A DNA stretch of 60,493 nt, the filler included, from Pirum gemmata (taxonomy: Eukaryota), in assembly GCA_002812295.1 (NCBI GenBank). It is 10 parts of 10 records of this genome, joined end to end, with 100 filler letters (N's around TTAATTAATTAA, not from the genome) between each part and the next. Parts side by side here need not be neighbours in the genome. Positions count along the whole stretch, not along the records: positions 1 to 5,886 come from PDIN01000400.1; positions 5,987 to 11,852 come from PDIN01000401.1; 8 more parts are not named here. One strand, 5' to 3'. Within the stretch, counting starts at the first letter, position 1. Each line of letters opens with the position of its first letter. The notes under the pieces are model-generated. The model searched no databases and was not told where the DNA came from. It saw only the letters and a program-made list of their open reading frames with translations. Positions 1 through 11,357 of the stretch are shown here, piece after piece. The position numbers were made by a program, and so were the translations under genes.

Positions 1-518
1 AAAAAAAAAAAAAAAAAAAAAAAAAAAAACAAAAACAGGTGTGCTGATCGAAATTCCAATAATTAGTTCGAGCCGAACTTTCAAGCTCTTTTAAGACAAC
101 CCTTTATTGGCTAAAAGAAATGATTATAAAAAAAATTGAAAAAAATATTTTTTAGATCGTCAAAAAAAAATGCAAATCGAACCTATATAAAAAACTCGAA
201 TATAACATACTTTCTGAGATTTTCTGAGCTCTTTCTGGCCTTTCTGTAAAATAAGAAAAATGGACTAAATAAAAACAAAAACAAAAAAGTGATAGTAATA
301 ATAATAATGAATTCGAAGTTTTTATTAATATATGTATAAATTTATATATATTTGATAAATTTAAAACTAAAAAATAAAAAATATAAAAAATATATTAATT
401 GTTTTGTTATAATTTTTTTTATAATTTTCATTATTGCTTTATTATTATTGATTTTTTTAAAAATATACTGATAGTATTAGTAATTATTATCATTATTATT
501 TATTTTGATTTCCTTATC

Positions 519-2261
519 ATGAAATTACATTTTTTAAAAATTGCAGTTATGGCCAATGCCATAACCATAACTTGTACTGCCGCAGTCCCTACACCCGCTA
601 CACCCGCTATTGATAACCATAATAGTATATTGGGCCCTATAGTGGACATAGTTACTTCTCTGTGGGTTAAAGTTGATGACCAAATTAAAAAACATAAATT
701 TGATTATAAATCCCAACTTAATGTTACTTATTTCAAAGACCCATTTTGTTCAGAAAAAATTACAGAAGAAATTATTCCTATTGGGAAAGAGGACAGTGTT
801 TTCGGGAGAGATCATATGTATTTAGAAAAGTATAACCTCAATGAAGATCAAAAACAAAAAATGAAAGAAATAAGAGATAAGGCTGCTGCTTCTCACTTTA
901 AAAAAGAAAGAGAAGCAGAGCTGAGAAAAGTTTTGGATTTAATTGTGACAAGTAACGATGTTAACGAATTGGGTCGAAAATATGGTGAAGTTAGAAATGC
1001 CAAGGTGGCTGAATTGAACCAGAGATTTAATATTGCTGCTATTCACGAAATGAATAGTAAAACTAAATACCAACAGAATAAATATAAAGAGCAATTAGAA
1101 TTCTTGATGATGCAAGTAAAAGCAGAATTTAGTAATGCTAAAAAAATTGGAAAGTATTATTATTTGAAACACGATGAAGAGGAACGAATTAAATACACTA
1201 TTAAAGCCCAGGGATTTCCCTTCGGAAGAATTGGGATGGATTATGCTCCACAAATTAAAGAGGATGGGGTAAGTGTAAGTTTTTTTAATATGACAACCGA
1301 ATTCGATACAACCATATTAGAAACCAAAACATTTGATATTGGTAAAGTAAAAGTGGAAGCTGACACAGTCGATCCCGTCCCTGGAGTAATGATATATAAA
1401 GAATTTTTTTTTGAAAAAGGTAAGACTATGCCTGGTGAACAAAACAACGCAATAGTAACAGGTCGTGTATTTAATGTTTCTTCTGGTTGTTTGCCTGTCT
1501 CCAAAGACGACGGTGAATATTTAAAAGTAGCCACAAAAAATGCCGATGGCACTTATTTATACTACAATGCTCGTGTTGGGAATAATATAAATAATCTTTT
1601 GGTATTTCAAGCGATTGATTTGTTCTTTTTCAACGAAAATTTCCAACGTGATTTTAGCAACTTTAGTAAAGATGTCAACTTTGAGAAATTTAAACAATTA
1701 ACAACTACAACTTTGGTAGAATTTTTCACCAACCCTGCTTTTATGGCCATATATGAACACGATCGCACCAGTTTTCCTATTTCTAACATAGTATTACAAG
1801 TTTCCAAAAGTATTTTAATCAACTTGAAAACCGGAGATTTAGCGACACACAAACGTGCCGTTTTTGATATCGTTTATACTTGGGCCAGAGAAAAAAACGA
1901 TTGGACTGTTCATCGGGAAGAAACATATAATGAGAATATGCAAAAGGCACTTCATGATCATTCTTATGTTGGTAAAATGGTAACGGGTAAGATGTTAGAC
2001 AATGCTATTGTAAAAAATATGTTTTTCAAAGTAGCTGATTTTACTTTTTCTGCCACTCTTAATTACTCTTGGTGGGCGGCTAATTGTTTAAAGGCTAAAG
2101 TATGGTACAGAAAGGAATGTGACCATATACCTTCTCTACATGATCATATATCTAGTATGAAGGAAGAAAAGAAAGTTGAACCTGTACATACGGATCCTGT
2201 GCCATCATTGTACAATGAACAGTTTGTTATGGTGAACGGAGTGAAATATATTAAAGCATAA
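519..2261 (+). CDS. Intronless hypothetical protein (580 aa) with putative N-terminal signal peptide; no recognisable domain
   Basis: Long ORF with normal amino-acid composition. The first credible ATG is at 519 (MKLHFLKIAVMANAITITCTAAVP); the track extension 399-518 is AT-rich low-complexity sequence. Stop TAA at 2259-2261. Confidence 0.8.
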   Translation: MKLHFLKIAVMANAITITCTAAVPTPATPAIDNHNSILGPIVDIVTSLWVKVDDQIKKHKFDYKSQLNVTYFKDPFCSEKITEEIIPIGKEDSVFGRDHMYLEKYNLNEDQKQKMKEIRDKAAASHFKKEREAELRKVLDLIVTSNDVNELGRKYGEVRNAKVAELNQRFNIAAIHEMNSKTKYQQNKYKEQLEFLMMQVKAEFSNAKKIGKYYYLKHDEEERIKYTIKAQGFPFGRIGMDYAPQIKEDGVSVSFFNMTTEFDTTILETKTFDIGKVKVEADTVDPVPGVMIYKEFFFEKGKTMPGEQNNAIVTGRVFNVSSGCLPVSKDDGEYLKVATKNADGTYLYYNARVGNNINNLLVFQAIDLFFFNENFQRDFSNFSKDVNFEKFKQLTTTTLVEFFTNPAFMAIYEHDRTSFPISNIVLQVSKSILINLKTGDLATHKRAVFDIVYTWAREKNDWTVHREETYNENMQKALHDHSYVGKMVTGKMLDNAIVKNMFFKVADFTFSATLNYSWWAANCLKAKVWYRKECDHIPSLHDHISSMKEEKKVEPVHTDPVPSLYNEQFVMVNGVKYIKA

Positions 2262-2571
2262 TAATTATAATAGGTATCAGGAGAACACTAATACCCATTT
2301 TCTATGTAATAGTGATGAATGACATCTTACAACCTCTCTGCACTCCTCTTCATACGAGACCAATATTAATAGTAAAGAAAAGAAGGAAGGGATAAATAAC
2401 CATAAAACCGATTGCAATCCAGCTGTGTCTGTACCATAGTTGTACTATGAAAATTTTACATTTGTTTTAATAAATAATTGGTTATTGATCCCTTAATATT
2501 ATAAGCTATGCTAAAGTGTAATTAACGAGCTATATATAATTAATGGTTTTGGATTCGACGTATTGTAATAT

Positions 2572-2643
2572 ATAGACACTTTAAAAAGTGATAAATGTGC
2601 GAATGCTGGACTTTAGACTAAAGCCCAGGATTCGCACATTTAT
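2572..2643. repeat. Family I repeat end (TATAGACACTTT...TGTGCGAAT.CTGG) folded into a 53-bp near-perfect palindrome at 2591-2643
   Basis: Arms ATAAATGTGCGAATgCTGGaCTTTAG / CTAAAGcCCAGgATTCGCACATTTAT. Related ends at about 32551-32596, 35496-35595, 35716-35787, 36214-36270 and 51054-51073. Confidence 0.65.
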
Positions 2644-2769
2644 GTATTATATGTAAAATATTAATAATAAAATAAATACAAACAGTATAGTAAAAATTAC
2701 ATGCTTTTTTAATTCATTTTATTATATTTTTATTGTACAATTAATATATAATATTATAATATTATACGA

Positions 2770-2870
2770 AGTCCACAATCGCTATCCCAATATAATATGT
2801 AGTACCAATAGCAACTCCGTCACCATGACACTACTAACACTTCATCGTATTGGGTTCTGTTTTCATTCAA
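2770..2870 (-). pseudogene. Degenerate fragment paralogous to exon 1 of the adjacent Cys-rich peptide gene
   Basis: The minus strand reads GAAAAC..TACGATGAAGTGTTAG..CATGGTGACGGAGTTGCTATTGGTACT..GATAGCGATTGTGG. This matches the EN..YDAVL..HGDGVVIGT..DADCG codons of the intact gene, with deletions. Confidence 0.7.
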
Positions 2871-2896
2871 GGCAGCAAAAAAAGTACTAATCAAAA

Positions 2897-3271
2897 TTAT
2901 GATGAACAACAGCAAATTTTGTTTCCTGTGTTATAATGTGAATAATTATATAAATTTAATTCTTTTATTCATTGGAATGACTACTTTTACTGAAATAATA
3001 ATAATAATAATAATACATTGAATATAATAATAATAATAATAATAATTAATTACAATTAAAATAACAATATTAATTTCAATAACTATAATATTATATAACA
3101 GTACCATAACAATAATAATAATAACACAATAACAATAACGGCAACTAAAATATAACAGTTACTATATTATATGTATATAACTATAGCAAGCTTAATTATA
3201 AAAATAACAATATTAGTAACAATGACAAAATTGACAACAACAACAACAACAGCAACAATAATAACAACAGC

Positions 3272-3315
<44 letters not shown>

Positions 3316-3592
3316 AAAAAAAAATACCTGTCCAGCAATTCGCTGGCCATGTGATGCAAGTTTTACCTTCGCCACAATCGGCATCACAACTAGTAGAACA
3401 AGCTGGGGCAGTACCAATAACAACTCCATCACCATGGCCACCAGATTTGCAGTATGAGTCACAAGAAGTCGAGCCTAGCACTGCATCGTAGAAAATCGGA
3501 GTTTGGCCGTTTAAGTTTTCATCCACGGAAGCAGGTATAGCGACGACGCAACCAACTGCATAAACGGAGAAAACTGTAGCAAAAAAGTTCAT
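2897..3592 (-). CDS. Secreted small cysteine-rich peptide, 97 aa; join(complement 3328..3592, 2897..2925)
   Basis: ATG at 3592, signal peptide MNFFATVFSVYAVGCVVA. A phase-1 GT..AG intron at 2926-3327 joins ...ANCWTG to NKICCCSS*. The mature part has 10 Cys and a GTAPAC...CWTGxKxCC motif. Confidence 0.85.
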
Positions 3593-3879
3593 GATTACTA
3601 TTTGTTTTGACTTGAATCTAATTAATTTTTTTTTTCTTTTATTGTTTTTTATTGTTGTTTTATTTCTGTTTTTAATGTTGTTTTTATTGTTGCTTTTAAT
3701 GTTTTTCTTTATTGTTGTTTTTATTTGTTGTTTTATTGTTGTTTTTATTGTTGTTTTTATTGTTGTTTTTATTGTTGTTTTACTATTTCGTGTTTGTGTG
3801 AATTTTCTTTGGCTTTTATACACAATTTATTAATTATAATAATAATAATAAAATAATAATAATAAAATAATAATAATAA

Positions 3880-3914
<35 letters not shown>

Positions 3915-4025
3915 ATAATAATAATAATTAAAAAATGGTCCAGAAAAAAAAGTAATTGAACTTGTCAAATTATGGTTATTTATTATGATAGTTAATTGAT
4001 ATAATATTATAATATTATACTATAA

Positions 4026-4110
4026 CTTAGACGATTTCTCAAATTTTGGTACCTGTACTTTCATTGGTTGGGATCATTTTGAGATTTTTTAGATTTTTGA
4101 ACTCATATGG
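4026..4110 (+). mobile_element. MITE family G fragment
   Basis: Matches the 3' part of the full copy at 44847-45072 (GATTTCTCAAATTTTGGTA...GATCATTTTGAGATTTTT...CTCATATGG). Confidence 0.65.
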
Positions 4111-4152
4111 CACTAGTCATATGGCAGATGCCGACAGCTGGATGCCGAATAG

Positions 4153-4290
4153 TAACTGAAATTACCGAATTATTTTGGTATTTTATATTAATACTGAATG
4201 TTGTATTTACTCTATATTTACTAACCAGATTGAATTATACACTTAAACAGTGCCAAATTAAAGATTGAGAGGACAACTGTAATTAATGAA
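4153..4290 (+). mobile_element. MITE family B fragment
   Basis: AATTATACACTTAAACAGTGCCAAATTAAAGATTGAGAGGACAACTGTAAT is shared with 20119-20292 and 34767-34955. Confidence 0.65.
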
Positions 4291-4656
4291 AAAAATAATG
4301 ATAAAAAAAATTATTCTTTTATTATTATTGGTACGATAATAATAATAATATTATTATTATGATAGAGATCTAAAATTCTAAATTTGTTCATTGTAAAAAT
4401 TCTATTTTGTCATTGACTCATTGCTGTTCTTTCTAGGCTGTTCTTTTTTTTTTTTTTTACAGTAGTCTATGATAGGTCTACTACTACCACCAGCAGCTAG
4501 GCTAGCTAGGCTAAGCTAGCTAGGAGTGAGACAGCGTGAGACTATGATAGCACCAACCTTTTCCAAATCAGCTGTTATATGATAGCCCCTATGACCTAGC
4601 TACTAGCTAGGCCTCTATGACATGGTCTAGTCTACAGTGTTTGTTATACAGAGCGT

Positions 4657-4847
4657 TATCGTGCTTTTCAGTAGTTTTGTCATCAGAAAATATACAAAAA
4701 AGACTACCAAATTAATACAATATAAATCCATTTCATTTAATTTGGTATATTTTATTATCTATTTACTCATTTTTAAAAAGGTCAGTTTAAATATCATAAT
4801 CAACCAAATAAAGATTTGGAGTGACAAAATAAATGAAAAGCACAATA
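4657..4847 (+). mobile_element. MITE family A (about 190 bp, TA-flanked, Tc1/mariner-like)
   Basis: TIRs TCGTGCTTTTCAGTAGTTTTGTCA / TGACAAAATAAATGAAAAGCACAA, with TA on both sides. About 20 copies or fragments in the window. Confidence 0.85.
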
Positions 4848-5080
4848 CACTGTGTTAATATATTATTATACAGCTGTTATTTATTACAAAAATATTATAT
4901 CATAAAATTTTTATTGTTAAAACCTGCTTAGTATCATATAGCCAGATTTATAGGAGACTAATAGGAGCTACTAGCTAGTAGTAGTCTAGCTAGCTAGCTA
5001 GTAGCTACGATAACTCTAGGCTATCATACCAGCAGCTCTACTACCTAGCTAGCTACCTATTTTACTACCTGTAGTAGCTA

Positions 5081-5260
5081 GGGATCTTTCAAATAATACG
5101 TCACGTCAAGGGGTGGGTAGGTAGGTGGTATTTGACCGGAAAATAACGTCGAGGGGTAGTTAGGTAGGGGTATTTGAAACTGCATTTGACCGGAAATTGG
5201 CGTTACGTAGTATTTGAAGCTTCATTTGACTGGAAATTGGCGTTACGTAGTATTTGAAGC
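5081..5260 (+). mobile_element. MITE family D (PIF/Harbinger-like), degenerate copy with internal 40-bp tandem duplication
   Basis: Homologous to 48882-49029. CATTTGAC.GGAAATTGGCGTTACGTAGTATTTGAAGCT occurs twice. Confidence 0.75.
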
Positions 5261-5886
5261 TAGCTAGCTAGTAGCTCTAGGAGGAGTAGTAGAGCAAGGA
5301 CCAAAAAAAAAAGTGGGCAAAACACGAGGCAAAAAAAAGAGGCCCCGAAACCCAAAAAGTCAGAAGCGAGATATTTTCTTTTTGGTATGTCTATTGAAAG
5401 AGTATTGAAAGATACCTATATATCAAATAGATATGAGTCAAAGTAGTCATATTGTCTATAATATTTTAAAACATTATAATATTATTATATTTTTATATGA
5501 ATATATTATACTATAATATAGTCAATAGCCATTAAATACTAAGAAATACATATCGTACATCATAATATTATCATATTTATTATAATTTGTAAAGAAACAA
5601 GAAAACAAAAATGTCAAAAAATTATTATTAAACATTAGATATTACGATAAGAGATTAATTATAACAATAAACCATACTTTAAATTTTGATTAAAAAATAA
5701 ATTAAAATAATAATCTAGTAATAATTATAATAAAAATAATAATAATAATAATAATAGTAATTTATAATAATGCAATTTCTAATAATAATTATAATAAAAA
5801 TAATATTAATATAATAATATCATAGCAATAATAATAATAATAGTAATAATGCAACTTCTACTATGATGCCACTCTACGGTATGCTC

Positions 5887-5986
5887 NNNNNNNNNNNNNN
5901 NNNNNNNNNNNNNNNNNNNNNNNNNNNNNNTTAATTAATTAANNNNNNNNNNNNNNNNNNNNNNNNNNNNNNNNNNNNNNNNNNNN
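5887..5986. other. Artificial contig spacer (N44-TTAATTAATTAA-N44); identical spacers at 11853-11952, 17841-17940, 23843-23942, 29871-29970, 35872-35971, 41915-42014, 47889-47988, 53888-53987
   Basis: The same 100-nt block recurs about every 6 kb. TTAATTAATTAA supplies stops in all six frames. Confidence 0.98.
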
Positions 5987-6133
5987 TTAGTATTAGTATT
6001 AGTATTAGTATTAATATTAGTATTAGTATTAATATTAGTATTAGTATTGGTATTATTATTATTATTATTATAATATTATTTTAAGCTAGATATTAATATG
6101 ATATCAGGGTATAATAAATATATATGATCTATA

Positions 6134-6349
6134 ATGAACAAGTTATTTCCACCCCCACCAACTGTAGATATGGCTAAGGAAAGAAGAGAGGAATCAGAAC
6201 CGGTTATACAGGGGAAAATCAAAACAGATGAAACACTAAAAAAAATGGAAAAAGAAAGAGAACTATTGATGATATACAACAAGAAAAAAAAGATAAAACT
6301 TTTAAAAGTTAAATTATTAGAAGGCTTTTATAGTAGTAATTTTTCTTAA
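6134..6349 (+). CDS. Possible short ORF or exon (71 aa, charged)
   Basis: ATG start and non-repetitive, protein-like composition between microsatellites; no motif recognised. Confidence 0.25.
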   Translation: MNKLFPPPPTVDMAKERREESEPVIQGKIKTDETLKKMEKERELLMIYNKKKKIKLLKVKLLEGFYSSNFS

Positions 6350-6674
6350 TTAAGTAATTTTTTAGTCTCACAGCATTAATATTTCTGTTCTATTGTTGAT
6401 TAAAAATATTGATATATTCACTGATTCTAATATTTTGTCCAGAGTTTGATTGACAGCTAACTAGTCTATTTAAATAGAAACATTATCGAAATTGTCAGTA
6501 ACTAAATTTTCAAGAGAGACTCAGAGAGAGAGTTAATTTTCCAAGAACATTTTCATTGACAGAAAATATTCCCAAAGCAGTTTTTTTTTTTTTTTCGCTT
6601 TTTTTTTTTTTTGTTTTTTCACTTTTTTTTTCCAATCATACTACTAGCTAGCTGTCATAGCTATCATACTAGTA

Positions 6675-7098
6675 TAATATTAGTATTAGTATTAGTATTA
6701 AATATTAGTATTAGTATTAGTATTAGTATTAGCATTAGCATTAGCATTAGTATTAGTATTAATATTAGTATTAGTATTAGTATTAGTATTAGTATTAGTA
6801 TTAATGTTATAATATTTTTTTATGGAATGTTTTTAATAGGATTCTGTTGTAAATCTAAATGAGTTAAATTACTCATACCTAATAACATAAATCAATAGTA
6901 TTAATTAATATTAGTATATTAAATTAGTATTAGTCGAATCTATAAATACTATCATATCATACAAGCTAGTAGAGTCTCTAGCTACTAGTATACTAGACTA
7001 CAACTACTAATACTAATACTATTATGATACTACTATTACTATTACTATTATTACTATTACTACAAATTACCACTACTACTACCACTACCACCACCACC

Positions 7099-7159
<61 letters not shown>

Positions 7160-7223
7160 GTTCTTTCTACTATTACTACTACTTCTACTATACTGTTATT
7201 ATGTACATGTTATACTGCTACTA

Positions 7224-7265
<42 letters not shown>

Positions 7266-7770
7266 TCTAGATCTAGCTACTACTACCACTACCACTACTT
7301 CTACTACTACTACTAGTACTACTGCTACCACAACTACTACCACTACTACTACCGCTACCACTACCACTACCACTACTACTACTACTACTACTAGTACTGC
7401 TACTACTACTACTACTAGTACTACCACTACTACCACTACTAGTACTACTACTAGTACTACTATTAATATTAGCACTACTACTATAGCTATTACTACACTA
7501 TTATTATTATTACTACTACTACCAGTACTACTACCACTACCACTACCACCACTACTACTACTGCTACTACTACTAGTATTACTGCTGTTACTAATTATAA
7601 CTTCTACTAGTACTAGTACTAGTACTACTACGTACTACTACTACTACTGTTGCTACGTACTACCACCACCACCACCACCATTTCTACTACTACTATTACT
7701 AATATTAACTACTAGTTCTAGTACTAGTACTATTATTATTATTATCAGCTACTACCACTACCGCTACTAG
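6675..7770. repeat. Microsatellite field (ATTAGT)n, (ACT)n, (ACC)n, (ATT)n
   Basis: Directly visible. It explains the poly-T/L/V/IS ORFs in the track. Confidence 0.95.
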
Positions 7771-8736
7771 TATTCTATTATTAAATTAAGATATAATATC
7801 ATACTACTTACAAATTTAAACTATTCTTTCATAGTACGAACGAGCACGAGCACGAGTACGACAATTATATACAACAAAATTTTAATCTTATTTTAATTGA
7901 TTTTCTGAATAATCGAAGGAAAAAAAAAAAGACAATGAAATAGTAATGAAATATAGTTCAATATATTAATATCAAAAATTATTTTAAAAATGAATTATAA
8001 ATTAAAAATCATGAGTTTCTTTTTTTATTCGATTTTAAATTTTATAATTAGTATGGTATATTGAAACTTAAAATTGGTATCTTTATTATAAAAGATAAAT
8101 TTGAAATTATAGCAAATTACTCAAATTGTATTCATATAATAATAATTGGGTACTTTTAATTTCAGCATCATAAAAAAACTGAATTTTAAAAAATATCAGA
8201 AGACTAGCTATGAAAGTATCATGAAAAATATAATAAAAACTGAATAAAAACAATTATGGGTTTTACTATTTTTTTTGTTTTCATTTTTTATTTTTTGGTT
8301 TTGTGGAATACGATTATAATTTTTTTTTCTAAAGTCACTAGGTATATAAGCAATTGGTGATAACTTATGTTTAGAAAAACTTCAAGTGCATGTATAGCAT
8401 AGCTACTTTACAAGAAATTAAAAATTAATTAAATTTAAAACTAATAATCAAAACAAAATAAACAAAACAAAACCGAAAACTACCCTTTTCTTTTTTCCAA
8501 ACCAATAGTATAACATAATAAATCTAATAATTAAAATATACCTTATTATATGTATATTATTATTATTAATTATTATTATAGTATTATAAGCATCTTATAT
8601 ATATTATTATATCTAATATTTTAATATCTAATATAAAGTAGTATTATCTTTTTTTTTTTTTTTTTTAATTTATTTTTAAAAAAAAAATTTAAGCAAAATA
8701 GATTTTTAAATTTATTACCTCTAGAAATTAGCCAAG

Positions 8737-10202
8737 ATGATGCACGCAATAAAAAGAAGTTTTGGACAACACAAAATCCAACCCCAAGAAAAAACGATGA
8801 ATTCAGATTTTGAAATTCTTCGGATATCATATAAACATGTAAGTTTATATATATATAGCTGTTTACTTTTATTAGTAATTCTTTAACAGTAGTAGTGGTA
8901 GTGGTAGTGGTAGTGGTAGTAGTGATTCTCGCTAGTAATAGTAATAGTAATAGTAATAGTAATAATAACAAAAATTATTAACAGTGTAGTATTTTAGCAA
9001 ACTCCTTTAGTTCTCTAGATCTCTAGATCTCTCCCTCTCTCTTCATTTTTATCTTTATATTTTGATAAAAATAATTACTGATTTACTAATGTTTTATTTT
9101 TTATGTAAAGTGTGAAAAAGATTTGAAAGCTTTCGAATCGTCATTGCAAGGAGTAAGCACGGGTTGGAAAAAGGTGGCAACATCCAATAACGATTACCTC
9201 ACTGCCTACGAAAATATGTACGTGAGATCTGACAAACAGTTAAAGAAAGAGGCGAAAGCTAATAAACGAAATGTGAAGCCCATTGCCTTAGACGCCACTC
9301 CCGAACCCAAGCAAGACATCACTGGTCACGTTAGTAAGACCCCTAAACCATACGTTTCTTCTGATGAATTTATGATTAAACAAAAACAAGAACAACAACT
9401 TATACACACGTTCGAACCTAAAAAAGTGGTTCAAAGTTGGGAAACTAAAACCCAGGAGTTTATTAAAGCAGAAGGGAAATTACCCAGTTGTCAAGTGGAA
9501 ATTAAAAATGCGTTGAAGTTTTTAGAAAAAGTGGACCATCAGATCGAAAAGAGAAATGACTACGTCACTGAACTGGATTATTACCGAGCTAAAGTAGTCG
9601 ATATGCATAACTTGAAAAATAAAGAGAGTCCCAAAAATAAAGCCCGATTATACAAAGCGGAAGCGCAAGTGAAATCTCTCACAGAAACTTACGAAGAACA
9701 AGAACGTATTTGTATTACTAATATGAATAAAGCAATACAATTAAAGCATGACATAGCTTTGCGCTCGACTATGGCCTTTTTTCACACTCAAAAGGTAATT
9801 TTTGAAACCAACCCATTTAATAAACTGTATGACGATTTTGTCAAGCAACATGAAGAATTAAACCCCTCCGCTGAATGGCCTGATTTATCCATGAGTTTTG
9901 TGGAACAAAGTCATAAAGTAAAAGGGTCATCCAATGGGAAAATGGTACATTCTATAACGCTTGAAGAAGGAAATGGGGAAAATAGCAACCACGATAATAT
10001 TTACGAAGACGCCAATGAACCCCCAAAAAATGATAGTGAAGCTAAAAATGAAGAATCCAACGAAGCGAAAGAAACCCCCGAAGAAACCCCCAAAGAAACC
10101 CCAAAAGAAACCCCAAAAGAAACCCCAAAAGAAACCAATGAATCCCAAAAAAATAACTCGAAACCAATTGCAAAGGATGACGATAGTGAGGCAGTTTTGT
10201 AA
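8737..10202 (+). CDS. BAR-domain protein (amphiphysin/BIN/Rvs-like), 397 aa; join(8737..8838, 9111..10202)
   Basis: Phase-0 intron GTAAGT(8839)...TACTAAT...AAAG(9110) gives EKTMNSDFEILRISYKH-CEKDLKAF. BAR-like motifs IEKRNDYVTELDYYRAKV and RLYKAEAQVKSLTETYE. Acidic tail with ETPK repeats. A further upstream exon is possible (in-frame CTCTAG acceptor at about 8724). Confidence 0.8.
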
Positions 10203-10206
10203 TAAC

Positions 10207-10239
<33 letters not shown>

Positions 10240-10431
10240 CGAAAAGAATATATTAATGAAAAGAATAAATTTTTTTAAAATATATATATTATTATTATTA
10301 TGATAACAATAACAATAGTAATAATAATAATAGTAATAATAATAATAATAATATTTTAATAATATAATAATAATAATTAAAGATTGTAGGTAACATTTTT
10401 TTTTGATAAAGTATGACTATGAAACAGCTAT

Positions 10432-10625
10432 GAAACCGTAGAAATCATTTTTTTTTTTAGACTTCTTTTCTAAAAACTTTTAATACTAACTAGCCAATTT
10501 ATTTTTAAAAACTTTCCATTGGTTCATAATAGAGTTCTATTAATTAGAAGATTTCTCAAAACTTTGGTAGTACTTTGATTAAAATTGGAGCATTTTGAGA
10601 TTTTTGGATTTTGATTTCTATCCGG
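10432..10625 (+). mobile_element. MITE family G copy
   Basis: GTAGAAATCATTTTT..AGACTTCTTTTCTAAAAAC...CCATTGGTTCATAATAGAG...TATCCGG; matches 44847-45072. Confidence 0.75.
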
Positions 10626-10762
10626 ATTCCGGAGTTAAAAAAAAATTCACAGTCAAAAAAAATTCATGGCCAAGGAAGTGCCAAGGAGTGGGCAAGGTGA
10701 CCATGAAAAATTCCAGTTATCCTCTAACAACGGGAGAGGGCCCTCAGAGAGGCGACTGTAGT

Positions 10763-10983
10763 CAGTAGGGTGCGATATCTACTGGAACTTTTTTCGAAAA
10801 AATGCTTATCGAGCCAACCTTAGTTCCGCGTTCTTACTAATAATAGCGGTTAAATAGCTTAAAATAGTAAATCTAATTATAGTAGATACTAATTAAAGTA
10901 ATAGTATTAACATTAATAGTAATAAAACCATAAATCGGAAAAGTTCTGGCAGCTGTTCGGTAATAATAAAATGACGTCATCTC
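10763..10983 (-). mobile_element. MITE family E copy (about 235 bp)
   Basis: Reverse-complement match to 47078-47318. Confidence 0.8.
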
Positions 10984-11192
10984 GAGGTAAGTCTGTGTGA
11001 CTGTAAAATTTTTTTAATTGACTGTAAGTTCAAGGATTTGAAGTCCTTGGTAAGTTGTAAACAAAGTCTAGCTAGTAGTACAGTAGTAGTACTAGACTAG
11101 CTACTAGGCCTTCTACAGGCCAGGCCTTTAGAAAAAATAAACAAAAAAAAATTCCTATGATAGCTACTACTAGCTAGATAGCTGCATATAGC

Positions 11193-11344
11193 TAGGAGGA
11201 TGAGATGACGTCATCTTACTAATTGGACGCTCGGACCGGCGAACTTCCAGAAATTTGCCTAAAGTTACTATAAATAGTATAATAAACTCTTTTTAAAGTA
11301 ACTGTCAAAAAAGTTCGCCATAATAAGAGTTCTCACCCCTCCTA
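11193..11344 (+). mobile_element. MITE family F, internally deleted copy, TA-flanked
   Basis: TA-GGAGGATGAGA...TCTCACCCCTCC-TA. A longer inverted copy lies at 47437-47691. It shares the GAGATGACGTCAT terminal motif with family E. Confidence 0.8.
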
Positions 11345-11357
11345 TATAGCTGCAGTT

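Noticed and set aside
399..518. N-terminal 40-aa extension of the 620-aa ORF
   Set aside because: Starts at TTG in AT-rich low-complexity DNA. The ATG at 519 gives a signal-peptide-like start.
7024..7770. 248-aa Thr-rich mucin-like ORF (also 3171-3491, 36485-37246)
   Set aside because: Translations of (ACT)n/(ACA)n microsatellites or antisense to a real exon; homopolymer runs switch with frame.
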